Part shown: positions 36,182-50,359 of the stretch, in pieces
Layout: every line of letters begins with the position of its first letter
Position numbering within the stretch: position 1 is the stretch's first letter
NCBI RefSeq assembly: GCF_009914755.1
Contig: NC_060938.1
DNA from: the human T2T-CHM13v2.0 reference genome, Homo sapiens
Length of the DNA: 64,000 nt
Direction: 5' to 3' (one strand)
The notes under the pieces: generated by a model
Databases searched by the model: none
What the model was told of the DNA's origin: nothing
The model's input: the letters and a program-made list of their open reading frames with translations, nothing else
Position numbers and translations under genes: made by a program

Positions 36182-38409
36182 CAAACGCCATTTTCAAGGC
36201 CATTGCACATCTTGCAATGACATGGCCGGTTGTGGCTCTGCCTCAGCACCCCACTTCCCAGATACAGAAAGGACCAATTGGCCATGCCGACAGCACGCCA
36301 GGTGCAGCCTCGGGGGAAGGACCTGGGAGATCCAGTGGACTTGGGGTGCCTCCCAAAGCCCTTCAGCAAGGACTCAAGTTCTCTGCAGGTCACAGGCAGA
36401 GGGCCTCTTTCTTCCCCCCCGACTCCCTTCTCCTTCCTCTGCCATTGACTCTCCATCCTGAATCCACACTGGCACTGCCGGGAGCCCTGTGGGGCCTCAG
36501 GCAACCCAAGAGAGCTGAAGATGACTCCATGGATTTGCAGCTACAAATGAAAAACCACGGTTTGTTTTGAATGGATTGTGGCTCTGGCGAGAAAGCCTTG
36601 GGATATAAATCCGCCATGAGTGGGGATGCAGATGGGAAGCAGATGTGGGGATGTTGAAAGCCCCCGCTCCAGCACCTAAGGCCCACCTTGGAGAACACAT
36701 GCCTTCCACTGAAAAATGCAGATGGGTGAGGCAGCTCAGACACTGTGGGAGCCCCAGCTAAGAGCCCAGTCTGCTCAGCTGTCACCTTCTCCTTCTTCCC
36801 CCTCCCTCTAGGCAATGAAGCACTCCTTCTGCATTCTTGGAGGATATGCCTCCTCTCCCTGCCTCCCTCTCCCTCTGTCTTCATACCACTGCCTGTCTTA
36901 CTGTCTCTTGCTCTCAGGCGTTCTCTGACTCCATGTCTGTCCTTGGTCTGTGCCTCTCCCTCCCTCCCTCTTCCTGGCTGCTGCCCAAGGCCAGTGCCCC
37001 TACCCTTCATGCTTGGATAAGTCTGCCAATCAGCTTGAACCCCTGGGGTGAAGAACGGGAAGAACAGTCCAAGGGCAGACGGCAGCCCCAGTTTCATGAA
37101 GGAAGGCGATTTCAAGCCAGAGACGCCTGGGCAGGATGAGGCCAAGAACTGCTCACTTACCCACAGGGCTGGATATTTAGTTTGAGTTGGGGAGGGCAGG
37201 TGGCAACCAGCCTGGAGCTCCCAAGCCTGCAAGAGCAGCTCTGCCCCAGCCCCTACCCAGCTTTAGGTTTCATTCAGTGTGGCCTTCTCTCCTTCCTGGC
37301 CTGGAGCCAGCCCTCTCCAGCACCAGGAAGAGGCAGCACAGCTGGGTACCATGGTCACAATTACCCCCAAGGACACGGGCCCAGGTGAAGGCTAGGCAGG
37401 ACAGGATGGAGCATGTTTTGTATCCTCCACTGCTCTCCAGAGAGCTAGGAGCAGCCCTTCCCTTTCAACCCCTGCAGGGCCCCAGACAGCCTCCAAAGGC
37501 AAATGTGCTTTTTCTTTGGCTTGTATACAGTCTAAATACTTTATCCAATTGATACGGGCTCTATATCCAGTTGTCTTATTTTCCTTTTTGGGTCTGTCCA
37601 CAGCTCTCTGAGCTCTCAGGCAGGATTTTGGGACCATTTGTGGCACATTCCAGAGGCCACTAGCAATCTCACAAATTAATTCTAAACTTGTACACAGGCT
37701 GTGAATGCTATACAACTTTTAGGGGGGACTTGAGGGACACACCAAAAACCATCCAAAAATAGAATGTTGCCATTCCCAGGAGACTGGAATCATTTAGAGG
37801 ACAATTTCACAAACGCTTCTGCCGATATGGAGGAGGCTGCTGTCGGAATGCAGCTGGGACCCATCTCCCTGGCACTCTCGAGTCTCTGCTTAGGGGCTTT
37901 CCCTTCCCAGCAGGCACTCATTCCAGGATCCACAGGCACCTTGCGGTCCCCAGCACTGGGCGGCACTGAGGGGGTATCACTGTGGCACCATACCGTAAGG
38001 CATGATCCCAGGAGGCTTGGCATTTAGTGTGGAGGCTAAGCTCTTGGTTCTAGGTTCCTTTATGCATTGAGCATCTTTTTCACACATGCCTGAGGCTGTG
38101 TTAGGCAGTGAGTGTGAATGGCGAACAAACCAGACAGGGAGCCTCTGCTCGTGCAAGAAACAAACAGGGTGCTGAGACCTGGAATAACTTTCAGGAAGAC
38201 TGAAGAGAGCAGCTTGCAGCTGAGGGAGATCTCAGGCAGGTCTCAGCAGCTGCCTCTGGGCTTCAGTTTCTTCACCCATAAAATGGGGGTGCTAACAGCG
38301 CTACTTTGAGGATTCAATGAGATAATCAATACAGGATAACTCCTAGTCATAACAAGCCACTAATGAGGACCATACAACCAAAGCAGTTAGGAGCAGACAG
38401 GGCAGGAGG

Positions 38410-38836
38410 ATAGCAGACGCAGTCAGCACTCTGCCCCCATGTCTTCCGATCCCCGTATCACTTCAGGACACATGGTTCACTCCCAACAGCCCACACCTGC
38501 CTGTTTGTCAGCGGGCTGCCCTCAGGCTGTTGGAACCTGCTCTGGCCACCTGCATGGAGGGCAGGCCAGTGCCGGGGAGGTTTCGTCCCTGAGCCCCTAC
38601 AGGCAGCCCCTGACCAGTGACTCTGAGTGTGGAGGTAGAAATATCTCCTCCATCTCCAGAGCTCTTGCAGACTGAGCCACTTACCCTTCGTGGCCTTTTG
38701 CTTGACATTGTATCCTTGCTTGGCCTCCTCTTTTCAGTCCCCTTCCCCTACTCCTGGGAAGATTTGGGAAAAAATCACCACTTTCACACAAACCCTTGTT
38801 TGCTGGGTCTGCTTTTGGGGAAAACATCTTAAGACA
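38410..38836 (+). mobile_element. ERVL LTR (LTR16-like)
   Basis: ttcactcccaacagcc...; 3' end gtctgcttttggggaaaacatcttaagaca. Confidence 0.55.
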
Positions 38837-39530
38837 CTGGGAAATGCTAAACATTAGGAGGTGTCTCCTAAGCTGTGTGACCCTGTCTTCCTGCAGAGCT
38901 GCCCTTGGGCCAAGGCAAGTCCTCCCAAGTTTCTAAGGAATTAGTCACAACAAGATAGCCTTCTAACTCAGGAAATCTGTGCTCCTTGTATTTGAACATG
39001 GCAAAGGCCAGCACCATAGGAACCCTGGATGGCCCCTGGCATGTAGTTCTCGGCTCTCAACTCAGGAAACTGTCTGAGCTGCTGCCTTCGGGACTGTGTA
39101 CTCCCTCCAGGAACCTGCACAGGGAGGCCAAAAAAAGGGCATAAAATTCATATTTCATTATTGTTATTCTTCTCTATTCCTGGAAACTCCAGTCATCCTG
39201 AAGATGATTCTTTAGCGTCTCTCTTCCCATGAAATGGTGGACTGGTGAGGCAGGCACACAGGCGGCCAACAGGGCACATCCAAGATGCAGGTCTGGATTA
39301 TTTGTCTAGACTTTATGATGTTTGTGGTATTTGCCAGCTTTTTAAGTTTTAGGATTTGTTGTGATTTTTTTTTCTTATTTCAAAATTTTCCTTCATATTT
39401 AATTTTGTATTCTTTTTTTTTTTTAAAGGGATCCCAAAATTATGTAAGCTTTAGGCAACAGAAGACCTCGGTAGGTTTTGAGCATCTGAGGACTGAGAGG
39501 CTTTTTCACAGACTAGCTTCTAGCTCCATA

Positions 39531-39835
39531 CTTTTCTTTTTAATATACAGGGTCTCACTCTGTCACCCAGGCTGGAGTGCAGTGGCACAAGCACGGCTCA
39601 CTGCAGCCTCAACCTCCCAAGCTCAGGTGACAGGTGATCCTCCCACCTCAGCCTCATGAGTAGCTGGGATTACAGGCGCCTGCCACCATGCCCGTCTAAT
39701 TTTTGTATTTTTTGTAAAGACAGGGTTTCACCATGTTGCCCAGGCTGGTCTCGAACTCCTGGGCTCAAGTGATCTGCCCACCTCATCCTCCCAAAGTGCT
39801 GGGATTATAGGCGGGAGCCACCACACCCCACCTGG
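39531..39835 (-). mobile_element. Alu (AluJ-like)
   Basis: Dimer, TSD GCTCCATAC. Confidence 0.9.
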
Positions 39836-40210
39836 CTCCATACATTTCAACTCTTGTTTTTCCTCTCCTGTCTTCATACTTCTGGTCCCAATGTGACAGC
39901 TGCTGATCCTGCACCTGCCACTGTGTCAGGTGAATCAGCACAGTGTATGGTGGAATTATTTCTACAAGCCATTTATAATCAGGACAGTTAGCAATAAATA
40001 TACTACATGACATACACATATTACATACAACCCAACGGAGTGTTTTCCCAACATAACCAAATGAATATATTACAGAAGGCCCAACTGAGTATATTCCCAA
40101 CTCAAATTCCTTTAGTCATACTCCCAAATGCCACAGCCACCTCACCACAGCCTGACATGAAGGGAGGTGTGACAGATAAGAAATCAGGGTGGAGACTGAC
40201 TACAGTTAAA

Positions 40211-40378
40211 TTTTTTTGGGAGGAGACAGGGTCTTGCTATGTTGCCCAGGCTGGAGTGTGGTGGCTATTCACAGGTGTGATCATAGTGCACTACTCTCTC
40301 AAACTCCTGGGCTCAATTGATCCACCTGCCTCAGCCTCCCAAGTGCTGAGACTACAGGTGCATACCACCACACCTAGC
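40211..40378 (-). mobile_element. FAM (fossil Alu monomer)
   Basis: Monomer retaining the 7SL-derived GGCTATTCACAGG segment. Confidence 0.75.
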
Positions 40379-42179
40379 TATAGTTTTTTGGTTTTTTTTG
40401 TTTGTTTGTTGTTTTTACCTTAGCAAATACTATGACTTTGAAAAAAAATATGACCTTGGAAGGAACTCCTGTAGGTGAGCGGCCCTCAATGTAAGCCTCA
40501 TTAGCTTCTCAGGAAACTGGCCTCTGGTAGCTGGACTTGCTGTGAGGCTTGGGCACATAATATTTTAAGGTCTGTAAGTTTTAGCCACATCCTGGGTGTG
40601 TGTGTAAGGGAGGAGGGTGGCTCAGAATTGTTCTGGGCTCTTCATTTCCTCAGTGCCCTTCAACTCTGAATCCATGTCAGGAAGACCCTGGCAAGACTGA
40701 GGAGGGAGAGCAAATGGTAACTATGGCCATAACTGACAGTGAGTTTGGCCCCTGAGGTTGGACTTAGTAGCAGGAGACATCAGTATTCCAAAAGCCCAAT
40801 CACTCCTCTTCTTTTGCATTTTCCTTTAGTTTAGTCCTTTAATTTTTTAAACCAAAGTTTCTTCTGAAAAAATTCTTGGTTTGTCTTTGCTGAATGGAAG
40901 AGCAAAGGAATTTAGCTATACCCAGGTCAGGCCAAGGTCAGTACCAGTGGACGTGGGAGAGGCAATGTTGGAATTAAGAGGATGTTTTGTGATTTACAAA
41001 ACACTATTCACATCCATTGTCTCATTTAAGCTTTACGTGCCCTCTGTCGGGTACACTTGTACGTTGTTAGAATCACTATTTCCCAGTTAAAGTTAAGAGC
41101 GACTAAGCAATTTATGCAGAGTATACACCTAGGCAGTGGCAAGTCAGAAATTTGAACCCAGATCTTCCAAATTCAAATCCACAACATAACCAAAGACAAC
41201 TGTGGATAGTGGTTTACTATTGCTAACTACTAATTTTTTTTTTTACACTTAGTGTCAGACACAGTACCGGCACTTTTCATGAGTTCTCTTATTTAATCCT
41301 CATATCCTCTGGCACGAGCCAGGTTTGAAGGATGGGGAGGTAGCAGGGAGGAAGGACGGGATGGGCCTCATTCCTTGCAGAGTGCACAGAACAAGTAAAG
41401 GAACAAAGGCAGGAACGAGCTGAGATGGTTCAGACCACGTTCACTGAGAGCTGGTGGTGCTTCACAGCCGCCGTCCTTGGGCCTCTGGCCTGGTCAGGTA
41501 AGCCTCCTAGAACCTTTCATCTTAGTAAAAATGGGCTGTGCCCATGGAAAGTGGCCTCTGGCTCAGCCCTGGAAGCAACAGCTGGAAGAGGCCTGTGGCC
41601 TGTCACTATCCACACGGTTGCTTCTCTGCAAGACAGAGGCCCGCCACGGTGAGCTGGTCTGTCCAACCAGCTCCTGAGTTGCCAGTCAAATGATGGGCTC
41701 GGCCTCAGCGCTCAGCTTTGAAGTTTAATGGGGATCCTGGTAGCCCACAGGTCTTGGCCAGATCTTGCCCTTTAGTAAGTGTCTTCTTCCACTTCCCATC
41801 AGGGGCCTGGAGCCTGGCCAACTCCCTGAGGCATCTCTCCCAGCTTATTTGGATTGAGGGATGGAGGGTGCCTCCTGCCCTGGAGAGGGAGGTGGAGAAT
41901 GGAACCCGTACCCTGATTGGGAAACAGAAACCTCAGGAGGCACCAGGCAGCAGGACTGGACAAAGAAGTGCCGGCCAGACTGGCTCCCTGGGGTCCCAGA
42001 AGTCACAGACCTACACAATGTCTCCCTGGGTTAGAGGATGAACAGAACACTAGCAACTCTCTTACCAGTGTTCTCCAGACTTGTCTGTCCTGCCCCTAAC
42101 TCCACCTCCTTTGGGCTTGTGTGAGAAAACGTGTCAGAGCCAATTTGACACCTACATCCATCCACTGGACATGTAATCC

Positions 42180-42350
42180 TGCGCAACTTACTTCTCTGTA
42201 CTTCAGTTTCCTCATCTGTAAAATGGGAATAATGATTGTCTTCAGCTTATAGAATGATGTGAATATTAAATGAATTAACACAGACAAAGTGCTTAGAATA
42301 GGGCCTGGCACAGAGTAAGCATGTATTAGATGTTGGCTGCTATTATTATT
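42180..42350 (-). mobile_element. MIR
   Basis: cagtttcctcatctgtaaaatgggaataat...aaagtgcttagaa...cctggcaca. Confidence 0.8.
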
Positions 42351-45300
42351 ATTATTACAAGAGTTCTGAGATTACTCCCTTAGGCCCCAGTATTTTCCTC
42401 TGGGGTGTTTTTTGTCACTTTCTGTCACTTAAAATGGATTGAGATTTTAGGGCAAACACTGGAGAAGCTTCTCAATTCCTCCTAATGGGCCTGCTGAGGG
42501 TGCCGTGGCTGACTGTGGGCACCGGCTTGCTGCTCCTCTCCTGGCCGCCTCCAGTTCCAGGCTGCTTTTGCTGCTCTGCCTCACTGGTCTGTTCGGAGTA
42601 TCCACAGCTGCTAGCTGGAGAAGCGGTGTTAATACCTCATTAGCACCTTCGGCTGCTCCTTGTGGGCACTAATCACTTCAGTTTGCTGCCTCTGGAGTGA
42701 CTCTGTGCTGCCTTTGAAAAGCAGGCCATGTGATGGCGCAGAGACTTCTCCAGCTGGTCCCAATTCCCTCCCTCAGATTGTTACTTTTACCCAGGAAGTG
42801 AAACAACTTACTGTTTACATTTTGTATACACACACACACACAAATATAAAATTTTTTAATAGATCAAATCCTTACTCCTTCATCAGGACCTGAAACTAAA
42901 CCTGTAAGCAGCTTCTTCCAGAGCCTTCCTCTTCTTCCCCAGTCCACACCTGCAGACCTGCCCCTCACCCGTGCCACCCGCGGTTTGTACAGGAATCAGA
43001 CAAGAAGGCAAGGGCCCGAATTGGAAGCAGATGTTTGGGATGATGAGTGAGGTTGGGGTGGAGACAATAGGAAGGACGTAGACCCTGCTAGAGCTGCTTG
43101 TTGCTCTGACATACCGCCAAGGCTCAGAAAAATAGAGTGACTGTTCCTGGTTAAATACCCAGCTGTTACTCGTGCCAAACTTTCCTGGGCCTCAATCCTC
43201 AGAGTCTCTGGCTCTGCTTCCAAAGTTCTCCATATCCTCATGCCAACCACTATCTTGGCCCCTTCTTCCCACCATGCCAAGCCCCCAAGACCAGCCATAC
43301 CCCTAAAAGTCAGGACTGGAGTTTTACTCACCCCGCCCCACAAAGCTAACCCACGATGCCATTTTTTTGAAGCCTAAACTCAAGATATGGTCTGACAAAA
43401 GAGGTTTTGCTGATTCTGGGTGTGAGAGTCTACTGGAAGACATGGCTTGGACGCCAAGACCACAGAGTTTTCAAGGTTTAGAGGGATGATAGGTCAGAAT
43501 TGTTAAACCAGACCACTGCGGAGTATGCAGATGGGTGGCTGTTGACTGCACCCACTTTAGAACATCTCCAGAGCTGCACATGAGCCTGCCAGGAGCCAAC
43601 AGCACATTTGTCTACCCTGACTGTGACATAAAATGCTAGATCTATAGGAGAACACCCAAGTTTAATTCCATTGTTTTGATTTTTCAAGGAGACACAAGTT
43701 GGCATCATCATGAACAAGGTTTCAGAGAAATCCCATTGGAAAGAGAGGCTAAATAACTGGTTTTCTAAAGGCGATGGCCTGACCCAACCCCTATCCAGAG
43801 CTGTGATCCCAGTCAGAAGCTTAGGACATCAACTTTAAGATCTGCCCAATCCCCAGGAGGAATAGATGTCAGCTGCTGTATACGACAGAGAGATAACCAG
43901 GGACTCTAGTTTCCTGGTTTAATATTAAGGGAAATTCCACTGAAGCTCAGTGTTTCCACCCATAGTGGTCACAACCAACCAATTTCATGGGTGTTCATAA
44001 AATTGATTTGCCTTTTCACGCCTCTGAGTTTATTGGAAATGGTATTCCTTTGACTTTCCTCTGCCACACTGATTATAACCATAGCACAAACCCTTTGATT
44101 GCTATTAGTGTTGGAGATACCTCCCTCTCCCCATCCACTCAAGATTCTAATTTCATTCACTGAGCTGCAGGCTATTGGCCAGTTCCCTATTGCCAAAGTC
44201 AACACTTCCGGTCTGCTTTGTCTGGGAGAGCAGATTAAAGGGAGAGTGGGCCCTAAGATTACCGAGTCCCCTTTCCCAGGCTGTCCCAGGACCTGCCCAA
44301 GTGATGGCCTATTTATGGCACAATAATGCGCTTGCTCCTTGGGTCTCTTGGTTTGGAATCTATCTTTACAAGGGTTCTTTCTTCTCTGAAAATCAACAGG
44401 GAGAGAGTAACTTCCCTCTCTGTAGGAAGCTAGACTAATTTCACTTGTAGCAACAGCAACTCTATAATATAGAAAGTCTCCAAATACATAAAGAAATGCT
44501 CCCCACCAAGTAAACAGGAGAAACTATTGAAGGGGGGGACAGTGGTGATGGGTTTGGGTGCCCAAGCTTCAGGAGAAGGAAACTCTAAGGAAAATAGATT
44601 GTTTATATCTGTCTCCCAAGATTGTAAGCTTCTCAGAGGCCAGGATCACATTCTACCTTGTGTGTCCCTAGCTCCCCGCACAGTGCTTGATACATAGGAA
44701 ACGTCTGCTGAAATGCAGAGCTGCACAGAACTCAAGAAAAAAAAAGGGAGGCTACAAACCCAGGGATGGAACAGAAATACCTGACTGGGAGGGGAGGAGG
44801 TTAGGAAATGAAATGACAACTTAGAGCAGGATTGGACGTAGGAGACCAAGCACAAAATGATGACACACACATAATCTTCCTCTTGCACAATAACACAACA
44901 TTTTGTTTTCAACATAACATAAAAGCCATCAAAGGCTCTCTAGCTGGCTTGCAAATACTCTGATATCCCTGACTCTGCTAATGGGCAAACAGAGGAATGT
45001 CTTGGCAACTCCCTCAAGTGGGAGTTCTGAGGAGAGAGGAAACATTGTTGGTCTGTAGAAGAAGGGAAGATTCAGAAAAACTCCTTTATGTGCAAATCCA
45101 TAATGCAGGTGAAGTGGGGGGTTGCAGAAAGAGCGACTTCACTCAAGAGAGTTACAGAAACCCCCTCACCCTGGAAAAGATACTATGCTTATGGTTTCAA
45201 CAGAATAGTTTCATAGTATCTTCACAGTCTTGTTTAGGGTGTGTGTTGTCTCCCTTTAACTCTGGCATTCTTGAAAATGTTTGCTTCCTCAGTGAGATAT

Positions 45301-46595
45301 CCACCAGGAATTTGGCCTTTGCCAAATGGTGCTATTTCATATGAGCAGAGTTTAGAGACAAAAGATTTATTCCAATAAGTCTTTTTCTGCAGACTTAATT
45401 ACCAGAGATAAACATCAGGGTATTATGTAACATATCTGACCTCATTATTTCATTTGATACCTATTGAGTTTCCACCAAAGCAAGGATACTAAAATTTCAG
45501 GGCCTTTTTCCTCAGTTATATCCTCAAGGGTGTCTTGTATTCTTTATATAGAATTCACTTAAACTTGGAAGTCACTTTGCTCATTAGTTGGTAGTCTAAG
45601 GAACTTTCTACATGCAAAAGATTCTAAAGCCATTACTAATAGCTGTATCTCTTAAAATCTCTCTACCCTGCATGAGTAGGGCCTTTTCCCATAAATCCCA
45701 AATCCCCAAGTGACTGATAGGTAAGCCAAGGTATAAAGTGTTAATCTGTCACACACAGCATCACCAAGTGAACAAGGCAGAGTCAGAGAGCACAGTGGCC
45801 CAGTGCCTGGGCTGTTTCTTAGTCTAAACTAATCTGCTAGAGACAAACCAGAAATGTGGAGTTTGGGCTTCGACACGAAACAGACCCATGTTCAAATACA
45901 GCTCTACCACTTGCCAGCTAAGAAACCTTGGCAGTTACTTATCCTCTGTGTGCCTCAACTGTGTTTTGTGTAAAATGGAGAAAACAAGACATACCTTGCA
46001 GGGTTGTTGTGAATGAGACAATAAATACTAAAGCTCCTAGCATATGGGAAGAGCTAAAAAAAAAAAAAAAAAATGGTAGCTATTATCATGATTCAGTAAT
46101 CAGGTGAATTAAAGGAAGTCAAGGTTCCTACCACATGACATAGGATTGAGATACAGCTCCCTCAAATACCTCTTCCGTCCTTACAGGATCATGCAAAGGA
46201 GGAAGTCTCTTCTGACTTGGTGTCTTCTTCATGAATGTTTGGGCCAGGTGTCTTGAGTACTCATTCTCTCTGGCCTGCCTGGACACGGCAAGGTGAAAAA
46301 CAGAGTCACCACCCCCTGGGAATTTCCACACCAGTCATCGACTCTAGCATTCTCAACTGCCCCCAGACCCATACAGCCTCCTGCTACAGAAACTACCAGG
46401 GCCCTAAGTCACAGTCAGCATGGTAACACACATACTATATATAGGAAAACTTTTTTCCCAAGAACTCTTAAGTTATTAGTCGATTTTCTTAATTGGTTAA
46501 TAGCATCATTTTGCAGGTCAGGAAACTGATACTGAAAGAAGGTTGTCTTGCCCAAAGTTGAACCACGGGAGTTAAAAATAAAAATATGAACATTT

Positions 46596-46907
46596 GGCTG
46601 GGCCCCATGGCTCATGCTTGTGATCCCAGCACTTTGGGAGGCCGAGGCAGGCGGAATACCTGAGGTCAGGAGTTCAAGACCAGTCTGGCCAACATGGTGA
46701 AACCCCGTCTCTACTAAAAACACAAAAATTAGCCAGACATGGTGGCACACACCTGTTATTCGGGAGGCTGAGGCAGGAGAATAGCTTGAACCTGGGAGGT
46801 GAAGGTTACGGTGAGCTCTGAGATCATCCCACTGCACTCGAGCCTGGGTGACCAAGTGAGACTCTGTCTCAAAAAAAACAAACAACAAAACAAAAAAACA
46901 AAAAAAA
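46596..46907 (+). mobile_element. Alu (AluS)
   Basis: Dimer. Confidence 0.9.
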
Positions 46908-48353
46908 TTCAAGCCCATCAATTCATGGTTTTCTATCCTTTGAGGGTCCCATTTTGCAAACTTGATGCAAACGTGTCCAACGGTACCTTCTTCGAGAAAA
47001 CACCCAGTGACACGAGATGCCTATCCTGCAAGGAGTGCTGGAGGCCCAGGGCCCCTAGAGTCAGAAACATAGGATACAAGTAAATTCCTGTCAACAGGAT
47101 GGACCATCTGGTAGAGGACATAATGAGGTTTATAAAGAAGCCTCCTCTCCTACCTCCAAGACTGACTTCTTCCTAGAGTCATACCTAAAAGATGAACTCC
47201 TAAAACCTCACTTGGAAATTTGCCTGGTTTGCCAGGTGAACCTGGTCTCAGGCATTCACAGCCATCACAGACTACAAAAGCCATGGTGGCCTGCTTATTA
47301 TTGGGTATTCCAGGGAAATAGCAACACAGGCCTCATCTGGATAAACTATCCATCATCTCCCTGAAGGGAGGCTACAAGGGGAACTAGATGGGGAGTCCCA
47401 CTCTGTTCTTGCAAGGTGACTGGATGCTATGATTCTGTGCTGGTGTGTCTGATCCCTATCCCTAGAGGTACCAACATTGCCACTATCCCATGGTTAAGAA
47501 GCTGCTGCTGGCTAGTATTGACAAGTCAGGGCTATATCGACAGCCTGAACAACTGTGCTAAAGCCACCTCTGATACCATATTGAAAAACCTACAGGTATC
47601 ATTCCTTGACTTCTGGAAAGAGACTGTGTTCTCCACATCTCCTTCCAGGAATTAACTGCCCATCTTATAGAGACCACACCTGAATTCACTCCAGAGAACC
47701 AGGTCCCTGCTGTGGCTATCATAAAATGTCCTTATATGAGCAAAATTAAAGCAAACTAAATCCGGGAGGGGAAAAAAGGGATATTTATAACAAGGTATAT
47801 CTGAACTCTAGGCAGCACCACTCTATTGGATACAAACCAAGGTCAACATGACCTGCAGATCTCTAAATCCACCCTCCTGTACTCCAAATAAAAGCTAAAA
47901 AACAAAAACAAAAAAAACTAAGCTCACCAATAACTTTGGGATAGCTGTTAGGCGGTGTGCAGACTCAGTATTCTGAGTTAGAAATACTAGCCTATTCCAC
48001 AATTTTTGAGACATTTTAGTGCTGAGTCATTTTTAATACTACTACACATACATGATACTCAAGAATTTCCTGCTGACCAGCCTACAAAAACTGCTTAGGG
48101 TTTAGGGTATAAAAACAAAGGAGATCCAATTTGGAGTATCTGGAGGAAAAATCTTTACAGAAATAAGATACTTTATAGTCTTAGAATAATTAATCAGATT
48201 CAGCATCAGGAATCCAGACTAGATTCTCACAGGGCAATTATGGCCTCAGAAGACTTTTCAAACCAATTATGAGGTCTAGAAATTACTATGGAGAAACTGA
48301 CCTTGGTTAGCTTCTTATCATGACACACGTGGGCTCTTTTTGCCCCTCTCCAC

Positions 48354-48655
48354 TTTTTTTTTTTTTTTTTTTTTGAGACACAGTCTTGCTCTGTCGTCCA
48401 AGCTAGAGTGCAGTGGCGCGATCTCGGCTCACTGAAAGCTCCACCTCCTGGGTTCACGCCATTCTCCTGCCTCAGCCTCCCGAGTAGCTGGGACTACAGA
48501 TGCCCGCCACCACGCCCATTTAATTTTTTGTATTTTTAGTACAGATGGGGTTTCACCGTGTTACCCAGGATGGTCTTGATCTCCTGACCTCATCATCCGC
48601 CCGCCTCGGCCTCCCAAAGTGCTGGGATTACAGGCGTGAGCCACCGCACCCAGCC
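48354..48655 (-). mobile_element. Alu (AluY-like)
   Basis: AluY-type segments; TSD GCCCCTC.CCACT. Confidence 0.93.
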
Positions 48656-49269
48656 GCCCCTCCCCACTATTAACGTGAGGACAGGCTGTTTGAAAAGGGG
48701 CCTGGTGAAATAATGATCATAAGTCAGGACAGTAGTTACCTTTAGTGGGATGGGACGAGAGTGTGCTCTGCAGTGCTGCAATGTTTTATTTCTTGACCTG
48801 GATGGTGGCTATTTGTGCATTTCCTATTACTCATAAGTTACACATGTTAATACCTTTTTTATAAATACTGTGTCTCAAAATAAAAGAAAAAAGGAATTTT
48901 AGTATCCTGTAATACTTTTACTATTCCACATTATCTGGAACTGGTTTATTATGCTTGAAGGTCTATGTGAAGCCAGAGTAGAGGGAAGGAGCCCTTAGGG
49001 TTCAAGCCACTTGCTGGAGAACCTCGCTGTGGTCCTGACAGCGAAAACTGGGGCTGGAGAGAGGTTTCAAAGCTCTATCTACAATAGCTCAGAGGCAATA
49101 GTATACAAGAAGCTGAAGCTAGTATTTATGGAGTCATAAGAATGACTTGATAGGCTAAAATCACTCATTGGATCAATGTTCATAGTGACCTATTCAAAGC
49201 CACAACAGCAAGTGTATAAGATACAAATAACCTTAAAATGTACAGTTAGAAGGACAGAATTTTAAGACC

Positions 49270-49572
49270 TTTTTTGTTTTTAAGAGACAGTGTCTTAGCC
49301 AGGCACGGTGGCTCATGCTAATCCCAGCACTTTTAGAGGTGGGTGGATCACTTGAGCCCAGGAGTTCAAGATCAGCCTGGGAAACATGCCAAAACCCCAC
49401 CTTTTCAAAAAAAAAGAGAAAGAGAGACAGTGTCTCGCTCTGTCACCCAGGCTAGAGCACAGTGACACAGGCATAGCTCACTGCAGCCTCGAACTCCTGG
49501 GTTCAAGTGACCCTCCTGCCTTGCAGTGTTCCAAAGTACTGGGATTATACATATGAGTCACTGTGCCTGGCC
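49270..49572. mobile_element. Nested Alu monomers: plus-strand monomer (49297-49420) inserted in a minus-strand monomer
   Basis: TSD AGAGACAGTGTCT at 49283-49295 and 49423-49435. Confidence 0.85.
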
Positions 49573-50359
49573 CTTTAAGATATCTCATATCACTCAGGAG
49601 CTTGATGAGGTAAGAGGAGAATGCACTGTTTGGGGTGGGGGCAAGGATCTGTTTTGTTTTGTTTTTAAATTCAAAAGGGAATTTTTTTAACATTTTCCAG
49701 ATTGGGAACCAATATACAAGACATCATAATTACTTTCCCAAGAAAGTCAGGGTCCTTAATACTACTCCTTCTAGGCCCAAATCAGAGGTCTGTTTTTTTT
49801 CTTCTCTTCCAAGCTTACCTTTGTAAGCTGAAAAGAATCGGTAAGACTTGCCGCCAACAAACTTCTTAGGAGCAGTATTTTTGTTTGCCACTCCCAAACC
49901 CCTTGTGGGTGAGGGAGATGTTGGGAGACAAATGTGTGCTTAAATATGAAAATCAAAAGGCTATTTATCAAAGTGTTAACGGTGATTACCTCTGGATAGC
50001 AACTTACCTATTTCCCTTGTTCTTTTTCTTATTTCCAAATTTTCTATATTGAATTTCTAGGTAGTAAAACAACAATGAATTATTGTTTAAAGACTGATTA
50101 ACCGGTTCCTTCTTCAGAAACTGAGCATAAACACTTGTCCTCGTCTCCCCATGGCTGAGACAGTGGCCCTGCCTGGCACCATGGACAGCAATCAGGGAAG
50201 GGTGAAAGGGCAAGAGTGGGACAGGCCAGGACTCCAGGTGTACACTCTACCCCGAGCCGACCACTTCAGGAGGAATTCCTGGGGAAATGCAAAATCATTT
50301 CCAAATCTTTTCCTTCCCCACCTTCCAGTCAAGCCATGAATCTCCATTTAAAGCAGCCA

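Noticed and set aside
36390-37232. 280-aa minus-strand ORF
   Set aside because: TTG start, crosses purine-rich low-complexity DNA, no domain or splice structure.
40211-40378. 7SL RNA gene
   Set aside because: It lacks the S domain and is diverged, so it is a FAM monomer.
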